Shown here piece by piece: positions 1-8,153 of a stretch of DNA of 64,000 bases. The notes beneath the pieces are model-generated. The model saw only the letters and a program-made list of their open reading frames with translations, searched no databases and was not told where the DNA came from. The DNA comes from a virus, in IMG/VR virus record IMGVR_UViG_3300027917_000024, positions 1-64,000 of that record, one strand, 5' to 3'. The translations under genes and the position numbers were made by a program. Numbering within the stretch: position 1 is the first letter of the stretch; each line of letters begins with the position of its first letter.

Positions 1-22
1 AGTGTTACCTTCTTTGCCATAG

Positions 23-220
23 TTAGCCTCCCATAACTATTTCTAGATTATCTTCATCCTTCCTACTCTTCCTCCCTGCCCGATTCTCCTTGACCTCAAC
101 TAAGAGATCAATAGTTTCCTCATACCCACACCTACACGTCCAGAATTCCTTACCCTTGCGTTCGCCCCTGTAGCCAACGCTTCTAAACTTCATACTCTTA
201 CCACACTCATTACACATCAT
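23..220 (-). CDS. small zinc-ribbon-like hypothetical protein
   Basis: CxxC ... CxC motifs; GGAGG RBS upstream; directly downstream of the promoter at 271-299. Confidence 0.55.
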   Translation of the reverse strand: MMCNECGKSMKFRSVGYRGERKGKEFWTCRCGYEETIDLLVEVKENRAGRKSRKDEDNLEIVMGG

Positions 221-270
221 TTGTCTTGCCTCCCTTGTGATATTGAATAGTATATTTACTTCTAATACTA

Positions 271-299
271 TTTATACCACAGGGTTTGCATTTTGTCAA
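271..299 (-). promoter_or_regulatory. sigma70-type promoter with extended -10
   Basis: minus strand TTGACA-aaatgcaaaccctgtgg(17)-TATAAA, with A-tracts upstream; same architecture at 6671, 8599 and 10119. Confidence 0.8.
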
Positions 300-385
300 C
301 CTCTTTTTTCAAATTTTTTCATATTTTTTAGGGGCTTATAATAGAACAAGATACTCACTAGTATAACGGCCTGTAACTAGTCTCC

Positions 386-918
386 CTTTCACTTCGATTC
401 GGCTCTGCTCTCTTCCAGTTCTTATCATATCACTTCCTTTCTGCTCATCTCCTCTCCACTTCCCCTCTGCTCCGGTCTTATCATCTCCGTTTCGGTTCTC
501 TCCCCCTCCGTTCGGATCTCTTCCATCTCAACTCTGATCTTGTCTTCTCCAACTCAGCTCATCTCACTCGGATCTGTTCAGTACCCTTCTGTTCACTTCC
601 AGTTCATCACGATTCCCTTCCTTTCTGTTCCTCTCCAACTCCCATCGTATCGGATCTAATCTTCTCTGTTCGCTTCCGGTTCTCCTCATGTCGGATCCGT
701 CCCGTTCAGTTCCTTCTCCAATCGTATCGGATCTAATCTTCTCTTGTGATTTCCTGTTCCTTTCCTTTCGGGTCTGGTCAGCTCCATTTCTTTTCAGTAC
801 AAAAAACTACGACTCATACGTTTCCGAATCATTTCTTCTTATCTCTTGTCACATCCTTTTCCCCTCAAATCTTTTCTTTTCTACTCTCCTCTTCTCCCGT
901 TCTGGTCATTTCCCCTTC
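386..918 (-). repeat. pentamer-periodic non-coding array, (GA-NNN)n on the minus strand; candidate guide-RNA array
   Basis: plus strand parses as ctttc acttc gattc ggctc tgctc tcttc c.agttc ttatc atatc acttc ...; about 80 units in 386-800 and about 18 in 826-918; TC nearly invariant, other three positions variable; intergenic. Confidence 0.9.
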
Positions 919-1471
919 AACCCATAAAATCCTTCACATAAGATTTTCTGTTCTCGTTGAAGATCTTGAGTACATGCACGATATACTCTGCAGCCTCTTC
1001 CTTTGTGTAATGAAGATCTTTCTCTAAACGCTCTTGTAGTTGCAGTGCAGTTAGGTAGAGTAAGTCACCGGAGACCCATTGATTAGCTAGAATACCAAGG
1101 AACAACTGGAAGTCAGGAGGTATAGGATTAGAGACGTGATCATATGGACTCGCCTCGGTTACACTCCGCTTATGCACATCTTCTCTCCAGGTATTGAAGA
1201 GAGAAGAAGAACAACCTGCATTGATAGCTAGCTCCTTCCGGTACCTCTCACCTACCTCACCGGGAAGCAGGGCAAGTTTACAGAGGTACCGGCTAAGATC
1301 ATCACTCCATACCAGTTGAGGGCAATGTGTTACACCAGGATAGAGTCGAGAGGAAGCAGCGCAAGGAGCTTTCATACAACAATAGCCACACCCTACACAC
1401 TCAGCTGTCTGTATCTGACTTTCCGTTTGTATTATTGCATCCATTACTTTTCGACTCATACCCCTCACCAT
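917..1471 (-). CDS. Cys-rich putative Fe-S/Zn-binding protein (CxxCGxCC, YkgJ-like) lying between the two arrays
   Basis: CVGCGYCCMKAPC plus further cysteines (HCPQL, YLCKL, AGCSS). Confidence 0.6.
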   Translation of the reverse strand: MVRGMSRKVMDAIIQTESQIQTAECVGCGYCCMKAPCAASSRLYPGVTHCPQLVWSDDLSRYLCKLALLPGEVGERYRKELAINAGCSSSLFNTWREDVHKRSVTEASPYDHVSNPIPPDFQLFLGILANQWVSGDLLYLTALQLQERLEKDLHYTKEEAAEYIVHVLKIFNENRKSYVKDFMG

Positions 1472-1597
1472 TCACATCACATCAGTTCCTTGTCTGATCG
1501 CCTCCTCTCAGATCTGTTCCCTTTCTCCTCATTTCTCATCTCTTCTAAGCTCCTCTTTTCCTTTACTTTTCCCTTCTGATCGCATCAAATCCGGTTC
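1469..1597 (-). repeat. second pentamer-periodic (GA-NNN)n array
   Basis: plus strand cattc acatc acatc agttc c.ttgtc tgatc gcctc ctctc agatc tgttc c.ctttc tcctc atttc tcatc tcttc ... aaatc c.ggttc; about 25 units filling the whole intergenic gap. Confidence 0.88.
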
Positions 1598-1787
1598 AGA
1601 CCACCACTCGTATGCTCTTTTCCGGTTCGTTCCTTGTCTCTAGAGGAGTACAAAAGTAAATATCATTACAATGTCTGCACTCATAAGTTGGTTCGCATTG
1701 AAGTCCTTCGTAAGCTGGATCATCTTCCTTCTCTTCTTTAGTCAATAAATGCACAAACAATCCACAGTAAACACATCTCCATGCCAT
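1596..1787 (-). CDS. small Cys-rich hypothetical protein
   Basis: CVYC, CRHC motifs; tightly packed in the minus-strand operon. Confidence 0.5.
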   Translation of the reverse strand: MAWRCVYCGLFVHLLTKEEKEDDPAYEGLQCEPTYECRHCNDIYFCTPLETRNEPEKSIRVVV

Positions 1788-1788
1788 A

Positions 1789-2085
1789 TTATTTCCCCTT
1801 CTTCTTTTTCCTTGTGGCTATTTTGAGAGCAACATAATCATCATACAACGAATCCGACTGAGAAGATGGCCCAGGATCCTTCTTGAGCATTACAGAAAGA
1901 AGCCTCTTCCACTCTTCGGGCGCACACTTCTGACACCTTTTCAAATTCCTGAGCTCAATGTACGCTTTATGTTGCTTGCTGCTCTCCCCTTTATATAGCC
2001 AAGCATCAAACCATTCAGGATGCCCAAGAGAAACGTAGGTCTTCCTATCACACCCACCACAGTACCCACCAATAATAGCACTCAT
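1789..2085 (-). CDS. hypothetical Zn-binding protein
   Basis: CGGC and CQKC motifs; ATG at 2085 preferred because the track start (2175) overlaps the RAMP gene. Confidence 0.5.
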   Translation of the reverse strand: MSAIIGGYCGGCDRKTYVSLGHPEWFDAWLYKGESSKQHKAYIELRNLKRCQKCAPEEWKRLLSVMLKKDPGPSSQSDSLYDDYVALKIATRKKKKGK

Positions 2086-2090
2086 AACCT

Positions 2091-2780
2091 TCAATTTCCC
2101 TTCTTCTTCATCTTCATCTCTGCACGAGGCTCGAACTTGAGTGTATCGAACCTTCCCCATCCACCACTTGCCCACTGACTCATACCAAACTTGCGCCCAT
2201 AGCTAAAGATCGTCTCTAGCATTTCGATGTTCAGTTTACTTGTGGGGAGCAGCTCGACGGTGAAGTCCATCTTTGTTCCAGGCGGGAAGTAATCGCTACG
2301 GGTAAGAGCTGTCCTGGGACCTTGCGGAGTCATGGCACGAAGAGGCCTTTCGTAGACCGGCAACCTTCCTCCATTCTCTTTCAGGATACTAGGATCGTAC
2401 TGGAACCTGAGTTTCCTCGGCCAAACGAAAATGTACCGGTCAATCGTATTCTTGTATGCAGTCACCTTATCCACATCCTTGGTTTCCATGAGTACAGCCA
2501 AAGAGCTCTTCATGAACCCCTTTACCCAATAGTCGTACACATAGAAGCCATCCTTGTCCCTGAGAAAGGTTGTCCAGCCCCTTTGCTCAACTGCATCAAG
2601 AGCCTCGTATGCTTCTGTAACTTCCTTGGCAACCTCTTCCTCACTCTTCTTGCCTTTCTTGATCGCACGAGAGGCAATGTAGTCTTCATAGAGCTTCGGA
2701 TCTGCAGGACTCGTTCCCAAGCAGTTCTCTGTCCACTCAATACTGACATCGATCATCTGTCCATCGTCCATCATCTTCAT
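2091..2780 (-). CDS. stand-alone Cas7-group/RAMP-fold protein (Csm3/Csf2-like)
   Basis: RAMP motifs in the correct order: N-terminal strand + ENCLGTSP, YVYDYWVKGFMKS (cf. IPGSSLKG), RSDYFPPGTKMDFTV (cf. E.vp.Gt.f.f.i), C-terminal Gly-rich loop GMSQWASGGWGRF; AAGGAG RBS. Confidence 0.8.
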   Translation of the reverse strand: MKMMDDGQMIDVSIEWTENCLGTSPADPKLYEDYIASRAIKKGKKSEEEVAKEVTEAYEALDAVEQRGWTTFLRDKDGFYVYDYWVKGFMKSSLAVLMETKDVDKVTAYKNTIDRYIFVWPRKLRFQYDPSILKENGGRLPVYERPLRAMTPQGPRTALTRSDYFPPGTKMDFTVELLPTSKLNIEMLETIFSYGRKFGMSQWASGGWGRFDTLKFEPRAEMKMKKKGN

Positions 2781-2802
2781 TGTACTTTCTCCTTTCTATT
2801 CT

Positions 2803-3150
2803 TTACCAATTAACACCACCATAAAGAAACTCCTGTAGCTCTCCATCGTCCATTGCAGCGTACTCTTCGAACGTCTTTGTGACAGAACCAATGGTGATCG
2901 TTTGGTTGTCACAGTTGAGCTCAATAACCGGATGCTCATTGTCAGGCATGTAGCTACAGATCCCGAATCCGGTCTCTTCCGCTTCCTGGCCTTTAACCAT
3001 CTCACAAAAGACGATCCTTGTGAGGTAGGCATCGTCATCCCATCGCCATTTCTTCTTGAGCGCATCTCGGACGATGAAAGGTAGATGCCTTCCACCCCAA
3101 TGTGTGTACAGGTAGACTCCAGAAATCAAAACATTTGCTCTGTCACCCAT
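2803..3150 (-). CDS. phage hypothetical protein
   Basis: ORF with GGAG RBS; YLYTHWGG motif. Confidence 0.6.
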   Translation of the reverse strand: MGDRANVLISGVYLYTHWGGRHLPFIVRDALKKKWRWDDDAYLTRIVFCEMVKGQEAEETGFGICSYMPDNEHPVIELNCDNQTITIGSVTKTFEEYAAMDDGELQEFLYGGVNW

Positions 3151-3330
3151 TACATAATCTCCTTCATTCTTACTTCCTTTCAGTCTGTTAATACGTCAAC
3201 AATTCCATCACACTCATCACAATACCAAATCGAAAATACATGATCTACTATTTTTCTTTCTCCTCGTACATTTGTCTTTGCAATACTCACAACGGTTGCC
3301 CGATCCCTACCATTACCACATTCACACCAA

Positions 3331-3600
3331 TCATCTCGATCCTGTACTTGTCTTTTTATTCTTTGTGCTCGCCTCATCCACTTTCTCCTGCATGATAACA
3401 ATAGATGTGAGTTCATACTGTTCTGTAAATTGCCTCCCACAAGAACGGCATCTGACATCTGTTTCAATCCCCTTCTGACTGTCTTGGACGCACTCGCATG
3501 TAAGAGTCCGTTTTCTACAATCACTGAAGGGACAGCACATTCCTTCTTCTTTGACATATCGCTCCACTTCCTCAGCTGTTAGTCTTCTCTCTGTTTGCAT
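3331..3600 (-). CDS. zinc-ribbon hypothetical protein
   Basis: CPFSDC and CRSC motifs. Confidence 0.5.
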   Translation of the reverse strand: MQTERRLTAEEVERYVKEEGMCCPFSDCRKRTLTCECVQDSQKGIETDVRCRSCGRQFTEQYELTSIVIMQEKVDEASTKNKKTSTGSR

Positions 3601-3657
3601 TCCATATCCTTTATTTTTGAAAGTACAGTGCGTTCGGATCCTTCTTAACAGCCCAAG

Positions 3658-4215
3658 TCATCCCCCCGCATCTGGATAGCCCCCTGATGGAAAGGTAATG
3701 GTTCCATAGGAGTCCCGATGATTAGCTTCCAGTTCTTGACGAAATATGTAAGCATCCCCACAAGCTGCAGAACCAAGCTTACTTTCAAATTGTGGGCAGG
3801 TATCATGCATCACAATAAGTCCATGAGGTTTCAATATACAGTCCACGTTCCAAAAATCTTTCCTTACCTGTTCGTGACTATGACAACCATCTATCAAACA
3901 TACAGCAACAGAAGAAACTGATTGCTCCTCAAGATATGAAAAGAAATCATCAGATCTTCCTGTATACACTCGGCTTGCACCTGTTAAATCTTCCATCCAT
4001 CTTGCAGGAGCCGTATCACAATGGTAAGCAGTAGCCCTCCTTCTCTCAGCGAGTTCAGAGATTAATTTGGAAGAATACGGCCCCATCCCAATCTCGATTA
4101 TACTTCCTCCACGAAGCATACCAAGCATCCAATCAAAAGTGATTACAACCGCATCGCATCCAGTAAATCTACCGGCTCTTGCTCTGTTATATAATTCATC
4201 CGATCCGTTCGTCAC
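3658..4215 (-). CDS. class I SAM-dependent methyltransferase (Methyltransf_24-like)
   Basis: IIEIGMG motif I; LIDGCHSHE...D...LKPHGLIVMHDT. Confidence 0.8.
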   Translation of the reverse strand: MTNGSDELYNRARAGRFTGCDAVVITFDWMLGMLRGGSIIEIGMGPYSSKLISELAERRRATAYHCDTAPARWMEDLTGASRVYTGRSDDFFSYLEEQSVSSVAVCLIDGCHSHEQVRKDFWNVDCILKPHGLIVMHDTCPQFESKLGSAACGDAYIFRQELEANHRDSYGTITFPSGGYPDAGG

Positions 4216-4230
4216 TGCTTTCTCCTTATT

Positions 4231-4506
4231 CTACCTCTCCCGTATGTGATGTTCTATGACCTTCCAGCCGAACGACTTCCACCTTTCATCAGTTGGCGTC
4301 CATCCTTTATCCCCAACATGGATAACAGAAATAACATGAGCCTCATCTTTGACAGTACGTCTTCTGTAATCAAGAGTAGCCACAATCCTATTAACGTCAT
4401 CTTGACTGTCTGGATAGCAAGAATCATATCTGAGCATATCAATCGGGAAAGAAGAGACAAACCCATCAGCTCTTACCTTCATCGTATGTACATATATCTT
4501 CGCCAT
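4231..4506 (-). CDS. phage hypothetical protein
   Basis: GGAG RBS; FPIDMLRYDSCYP motif. Confidence 0.55.
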   Translation of the reverse strand: MAKIYVHTMKVRADGFVSSFPIDMLRYDSCYPDSQDDVNRIVATLDYRRRTVKDEAHVISVIHVGDKGWTPTDERWKSFGWKVIEHHIRER

Positions 4507-4606
4507 TGTAATCTCCTAAGCGAGCCATTCTTCAGCGCCAAGATCTTCCATTTCCTGCTTTGCTTTTTCCTTGAACCACTTCTCATCATTGTTCATTTTG
4601 ATCATC

Positions 4607-4891
4607 CTATTCCTCCTTATATTGTTCTGCTGGAAATACTATCGGAGGAACAAGTTCTTTGAGGTCGTCATGGAAATGATCTCCCCGCCAGGAATTCTCC
4701 ATGAACTTTATATTCCCTTTTGCAAGTAAATCAAGATCAAAAACTGCTGTACAGACCTCGTCCTCCACATCGAACTGAATAGCTAACATGGTCTTTCCCT
4801 TACACGCCGGTTCGTCATCTTGAAATATAGAGACAAAAAAAGGCGTTCCACCAACTCCATTTCTATGATAACTACAATCTAAAATCTTCAT
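4607..4891 (-). CDS. phage hypothetical protein
   Basis: GGAGG RBS; HRNGVGGTPF motif; operon packing. Confidence 0.55.
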   Translation of the reverse strand: MKILDCSYHRNGVGGTPFFVSIFQDDEPACKGKTMLAIQFDVEDEVCTAVFDLDLLAKGNIKFMENSWRGDHFHDDLKELVPPIVFPAEQYKEE

Positions 4892-4904
4892 TCTTTTCCT
4901 CCAT

Positions 4905-5153
4905 TCAATCTCCTGATAAAAATGAGAAGTAATATCTTGGCCAGTGCTGAAAAGCCAAGGTACCCCTTACTCCATCCGATTTTCTGGTTACATGCACAAA
5001 GGGAGCTAGGAAGGAATGTACTGTAAAATCATCCCGCAGCTCTTGAGTATCCCACACCTTCCCATAAACCTCTTCCAAATCTGCCCTTTCTGCTCTTGCC
5101 GAATTGATACGCTCAGTTGCCAACCTACGCAGTTCTTCAGTTGGATCTTGCAT
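4905..5153 (-). CDS. phage hypothetical protein, paralog of 9631-9885
   Basis: YGKVWDTQEL...RKSDGVRGTLAFQHWPRYYFSF aligns with YGEVWNTSEL...RKADGKKGTLLYQNFPRFYFSF. Confidence 0.7.
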   Translation of the reverse strand: MQDPTEELRRLATERINSARAERADLEEVYGKVWDTQELRDDFTVHSFLAPFVHVTRKSDGVRGTLAFQHWPRYYFSFLSGD

Positions 5154-5164
5154 GGCATCCTCCT

Positions 5165-5419
5165 TTAATAATAGGTCTCCTCATAAATCGTCTCACCATC
5201 CTTACTGATCCTAAGAGCAGCGTAGTCATCATCGGCCATTGTCACTGGCTTTTCCACATCGACCTCGCACCGGTAAACGTCATCTGCATGCCCACCAAAG
5301 CTGTAGACGATCACTGCTCCATCATACGCTACCCCTTTGAATGTGAAGAAGTACTTGTAGTAGTTCTTAAAGTGCAGCTGAACCTTCCCGTACTTCTCTA
5401 ACGCCTCTTCTTTTGTCAC
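5165..5419 (-). CDS. phage hypothetical protein
   Basis: start overlaps the stop of the HD gene. Confidence 0.55.
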   Translation of the reverse strand: MTKEEALEKYGKVQLHFKNYYKYFFTFKGVAYDGAVIVYSFGGHADDVYRCEVDVEKPVTMADDDYAALRISKDGETIYEETYY

Positions 5420-5847
5420 TACGCACTCCTTTCTTGCAGGTACTCAAGAGACTTCCGGTACCTCTTCTCCAGCCCCTTGTGCTCTTTAGGGAGAGGACGT
5501 TCGGGCCTGGGCATGTTATCTTCCAGGTCAGCAATCTTGATTCGAACCGCTACAGGATCGGAAGCAACCCTCTCTAAGTAATCCATGTACTTCTCTCCAT
5601 GCATCCGAGTAAGGATGTCTACAAGTTCCACCACTCTTTCAGGAAACTCGTAGGACTTGAGGTAAGCAAGAGAGAGAATGGTATCTTCAACAGTATCGTG
5701 GAGGACTGCAGCTGCCTGTTCAATAGGATCAGTAAACTTGAGCATGACTCGTAAGGGATGCAAGATATACGGCGTACCATTCTTGTCTACCTGTCCCTCA
5801 TGAAAGGCAGTGGCAACCCCAATCGCCTCTTCGACAACATGTTTCAT
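5419..5847 (-). CDS. HD-domain hydrolase, small RelA/SpoT-hydrolase-like
   Basis: H.GQ.DK.G.PYILHPLRV, AAVLHDTVEDT, IKIADLEDN. Confidence 0.8.
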   Translation of the reverse strand: MKHVVEEAIGVATAFHEGQVDKNGTPYILHPLRVMLKFTDPIEQAAAVLHDTVEDTILSLAYLKSYEFPERVVELVDILTRMHGEKYMDYLERVASDPVAVRIKIADLEDNMPRPERPLPKEHKGLEKRYRKSLEYLQERSA

Positions 5848-5848
5848 T

Positions 5849-6367
5849 TCAGTTGATCTCCTTCGAAGTATTTCTTACTAGGTTATATTCAGCTTCCCAA
5901 AGACCATCGAATATCCTACCTTCAATATCATGCCCTAGTTCATATGGTTCACCTATAATCTTTGGAGTTCCCTCATCAGACGTATCAATTTCCTGTGTAA
6001 TAACCAACCGCATATAAGGAGCAGCAATAGAGATATTGATCTGCTCCGTTCGCCCAGGTATGAACTTGACTCCAATATCATTCGCTAAATCCGCATCATC
6101 CTTATTATCGGATCGAGCCATCCACGCCTCGGTGATTAGAATAACTGCATATGCCTTATGTTCTTTGGCCAACTTCTTGAATTCCTCGATACATGCCGCT
6201 TTAGAATCCGCATCTTCAAATCTCAGTATAGTACCTTTCATTCCTTCTTCGGTGAAAAGAAATCCAACAGGAGCCACATATCCATCACGTTTAAGGAGTA
6301 TCTTAGCAATTTCAAGAAGATGATAGGCCGTATCCTTGATTTGATTTTCGTCTAGAATCTTTGCCAT
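5849..6367 (-). CDS. hypothetical protein
   Basis: 172 aa ORF in a tight operon. Confidence 0.6.
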   Translation of the reverse strand: MAKILDENQIKDTAYHLLEIAKILLKRDGYVAPVGFLFTEEGMKGTILRFEDADSKAACIEEFKKLAKEHKAYAVILITEAWMARSDNKDDADLANDIGVKFIPGRTEQINISIAAPYMRLVITQEIDTSDEGTPKIIGEPYELGHDIEGRIFDGLWEAEYNLVRNTSKEIN

Positions 6368-6369
6368 TT

Positions 6370-6633
6370 TTATTCCTTTCCTAGGTTTATGGGATGTAAT
6401 ACTTCATTAGCTTTCTGCCAACATGTATCCTCCAAGTAATCCAAAAATTCACATACTTCTTCATCTGTCATTCCCTCTACATACTCAATATTAAAGCGGG
6501 GGGGAGTACCAGGATAGTCATAAGATCTTGGCTCACCTGGATCAAATGTGGCAAATACGACAATATCACTCTCAGCTGAATCTCTCGGATGGGTTGCTCT
6601 ACATACAAACCTCCTCAATTGCTTCTCCATCAA
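6370..6633 (-). CDS. hypothetical protein
   Basis: first gene after the 6671 promoter; GGAGG RBS. Confidence 0.55.
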   Translation of the reverse strand: MMEKQLRRFVCRATHPRDSAESDIVVFATFDPGEPRSYDYPGTPPRFNIEYVEGMTDEEVCEFLDYLEDTCWQKANEVLHPINLGKE

Positions 6634-6670
6634 TCTACCTCCCTACAGTGGTTTCCTATTCCTCGGCTCA

Positions 6671-6699
6671 TTTCTACCACAAGAGTCTCACATTGTCAA
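6671..6699 (-). promoter_or_regulatory. sigma70-type promoter; probably drives the operon that ends in the RAMP gene and arrays
   Basis: TTGACA-atgtgagactcttgtgg(17)-TAGAAA with A/T tract upstream. Confidence 0.7.
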
Positions 6700-6746
6700 G
6701 AAAAAAGTAAAATTTTTTTAGGCACTTACCCAAACACCGTTCTACC

Positions 6747-7118
6747 TCATGAGTCATAACCCTTGCAATCAAATCGGTCCTTCTCCCATTCCGGCGTCAT
6801 GAATTCCCTACAATCCATAGGCTTTAGCTCGTGGATACCGCATTTCCTTTTCAATTCTCCTCCTTTATCAACGATCTCATATAAAAACGGGCAGTAGGGT
6901 AATTGCTGGCTTTTTCGCCGGGGGTTGTACCATATTTTTCTATAGGCATACTCCCTACCCCTCCGCACGTAGGTTTTAACAAATGCCAGAATATATTGAG
7001 CATCTGCGTCCTTCCATCTTCGAAAATCTTCCTGTGTAATCTCCAGTCCATAGCGAGATCCATAGTAATCACAACAATTGCCGCACTGCTTGCACTTGAA
7101 CTTCTTATTTACAATCAT
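6747..7118 (-). CDS. YkgJ-like Fe-S/Zn-chelating protein
   Basis: FKCKQCGNCC ... CPFL ... CGIHELKPMDCREF. Confidence 0.75.
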   Translation of the reverse strand: MIVNKKFKCKQCGNCCDYYGSRYGLEITQEDFRRWKDADAQYILAFVKTYVRRGREYAYRKIWYNPRRKSQQLPYCPFLYEIVDKGGELKRKCGIHELKPMDCREFMTPEWEKDRFDCKGYDS

Positions 7119-7690
7119 CCCTTTGCCATTCGATATGCATCTTGCTCAACTCTCCATCTCCTAAAAGCTTTCAAAACCTCAATACCAAACTTATTCGCCT
7201 TTGTCTCCCAATTCCCTCTCTCCTGTTTTGTTTTACACAGGAAGTGCCACAACTCATGCCCAAAGATAAAAACAAGTACTTCACTCTGATCACAGAAAGT
7301 AACCTCTTCTGAAATATACTTCCAACCCGTTACAGCTACTCTCCTGTAAGCCTTATGCTCCTCAGAGTGTTCAATGTACTCATATAATTGAATAGGCCCA
7401 CTATCCACATCATATGTCTCTGTACCTACATTCTCAGTAACAGTCATAGGAAATCGATTATAGGCAATGTTATACTTGCTTACTCGGCAGATGATACGGT
7501 AAGGTTTGTTACGAGTTCCTTTAGGTGGGTACTTACAAACACCGGAATAGTAACTTCGACCATAAGTTACCTTAAGTTCTATCTCACTCAGCCGTTTCAT
7601 ATTATAATCATCAGTAAACCGGTAAATAAAGTCCTTTACCTCAGCAAAGACTCCTGTATGGTCTCGTACAATCACAATGCCTCCCTTCAT
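7115..7690 (-). CDS. HExxH-motif protein (possible zinc metallopeptidase)
   Basis: FGHELWHFL followed by E.KAN. Confidence 0.5.
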   Translation of the reverse strand: MKGGIVIVRDHTGVFAEVKDFIYRFTDDYNMKRLSEIELKVTYGRSYYSGVCKYPPKGTRNKPYRIICRVSKYNIAYNRFPMTVTENVGTETYDVDSGPIQLYEYIEHSEEHKAYRRVAVTGWKYISEEVTFCDQSEVLVFIFGHELWHFLCKTKQERGNWETKANKFGIEVLKAFRRWRVEQDAYRMAKG

Positions 7691-7850
7691 TCATGGCCGT
7701 AACACTCATCACAAATTTCAAGACCATCATCGCCTTGGGGGGATTCACATACCCACTTACCACATACAACAATGGACACAGAGACATACCGCCCCCTCCA
7801 TTTCCCACGCTCCACAATGACAACGATAAGGATCTTTTTCTGCAGGATCA

Positions 7851-8129
7851 TTAATCAATAACGACATACTCCCTCCCTTCACACTTCAGTAGCTTCACCG
7901 TATTCAGGTTTGCATTTCGATAGCTTAGAATTTTACGGTCAAACATGTTAACAAGGTGAGGTTTGCCTTCGGCAGGATTCCGACCGCCATTTGAATACTT
8001 CTTCACACCAGTTCGCCCATTCATTTGGCGAAAGCTCTTGTCCTGCTTTTCAAAGTAGACAGTAAAGAATCGGCCTTTCTGGTTTTCAATTTTACTTCTC
8101 AGTTCACTTCTCTTCAGTGGAATAACCAT
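7851..8129 (-). CDS. small phage beta-barrel (SH3/WYL-like) protein
   Basis: FFTVYFEKQDKSFRQMNGRTGV...FD....YRN pattern. Confidence 0.5.
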   Translation of the reverse strand: MVIPLKRSELRSKIENQKGRFFTVYFEKQDKSFRQMNGRTGVKKYSNGGRNPAEGKPHLVNMFDRKILSYRNANLNTVKLLKCEGREYVVID

Positions 8130-8153
8130 TTCCCTTTCCTTTCCTATTCATTG

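Noticed and set aside
636-753. Possible self-targets of decoded dinucleotides (AA-TA-CC-AC resembles the promoter motif ATACCAC and, gapped, the KKYPT codons in GT9)
   Set aside because: Only 4-5 dinucleotides match, which is expected by chance in 64 kb; a systematic search with shuffled controls is needed.
386-918. Canonical CRISPR array or simple microsatellite
   Set aside because: There is no 25-40 bp repeat alternating with spacers, and unit content is too variable for a tandem repeat.
688-1027. Plus-strand ORFs 688-927 and 746-1027 (also 1316-1579)
   Set aside because: These S/F/L/P-rich frames arise from the stop-poor pyrimidine strand of the pentamer arrays; they have no RBS and oppose the local gene orientation.
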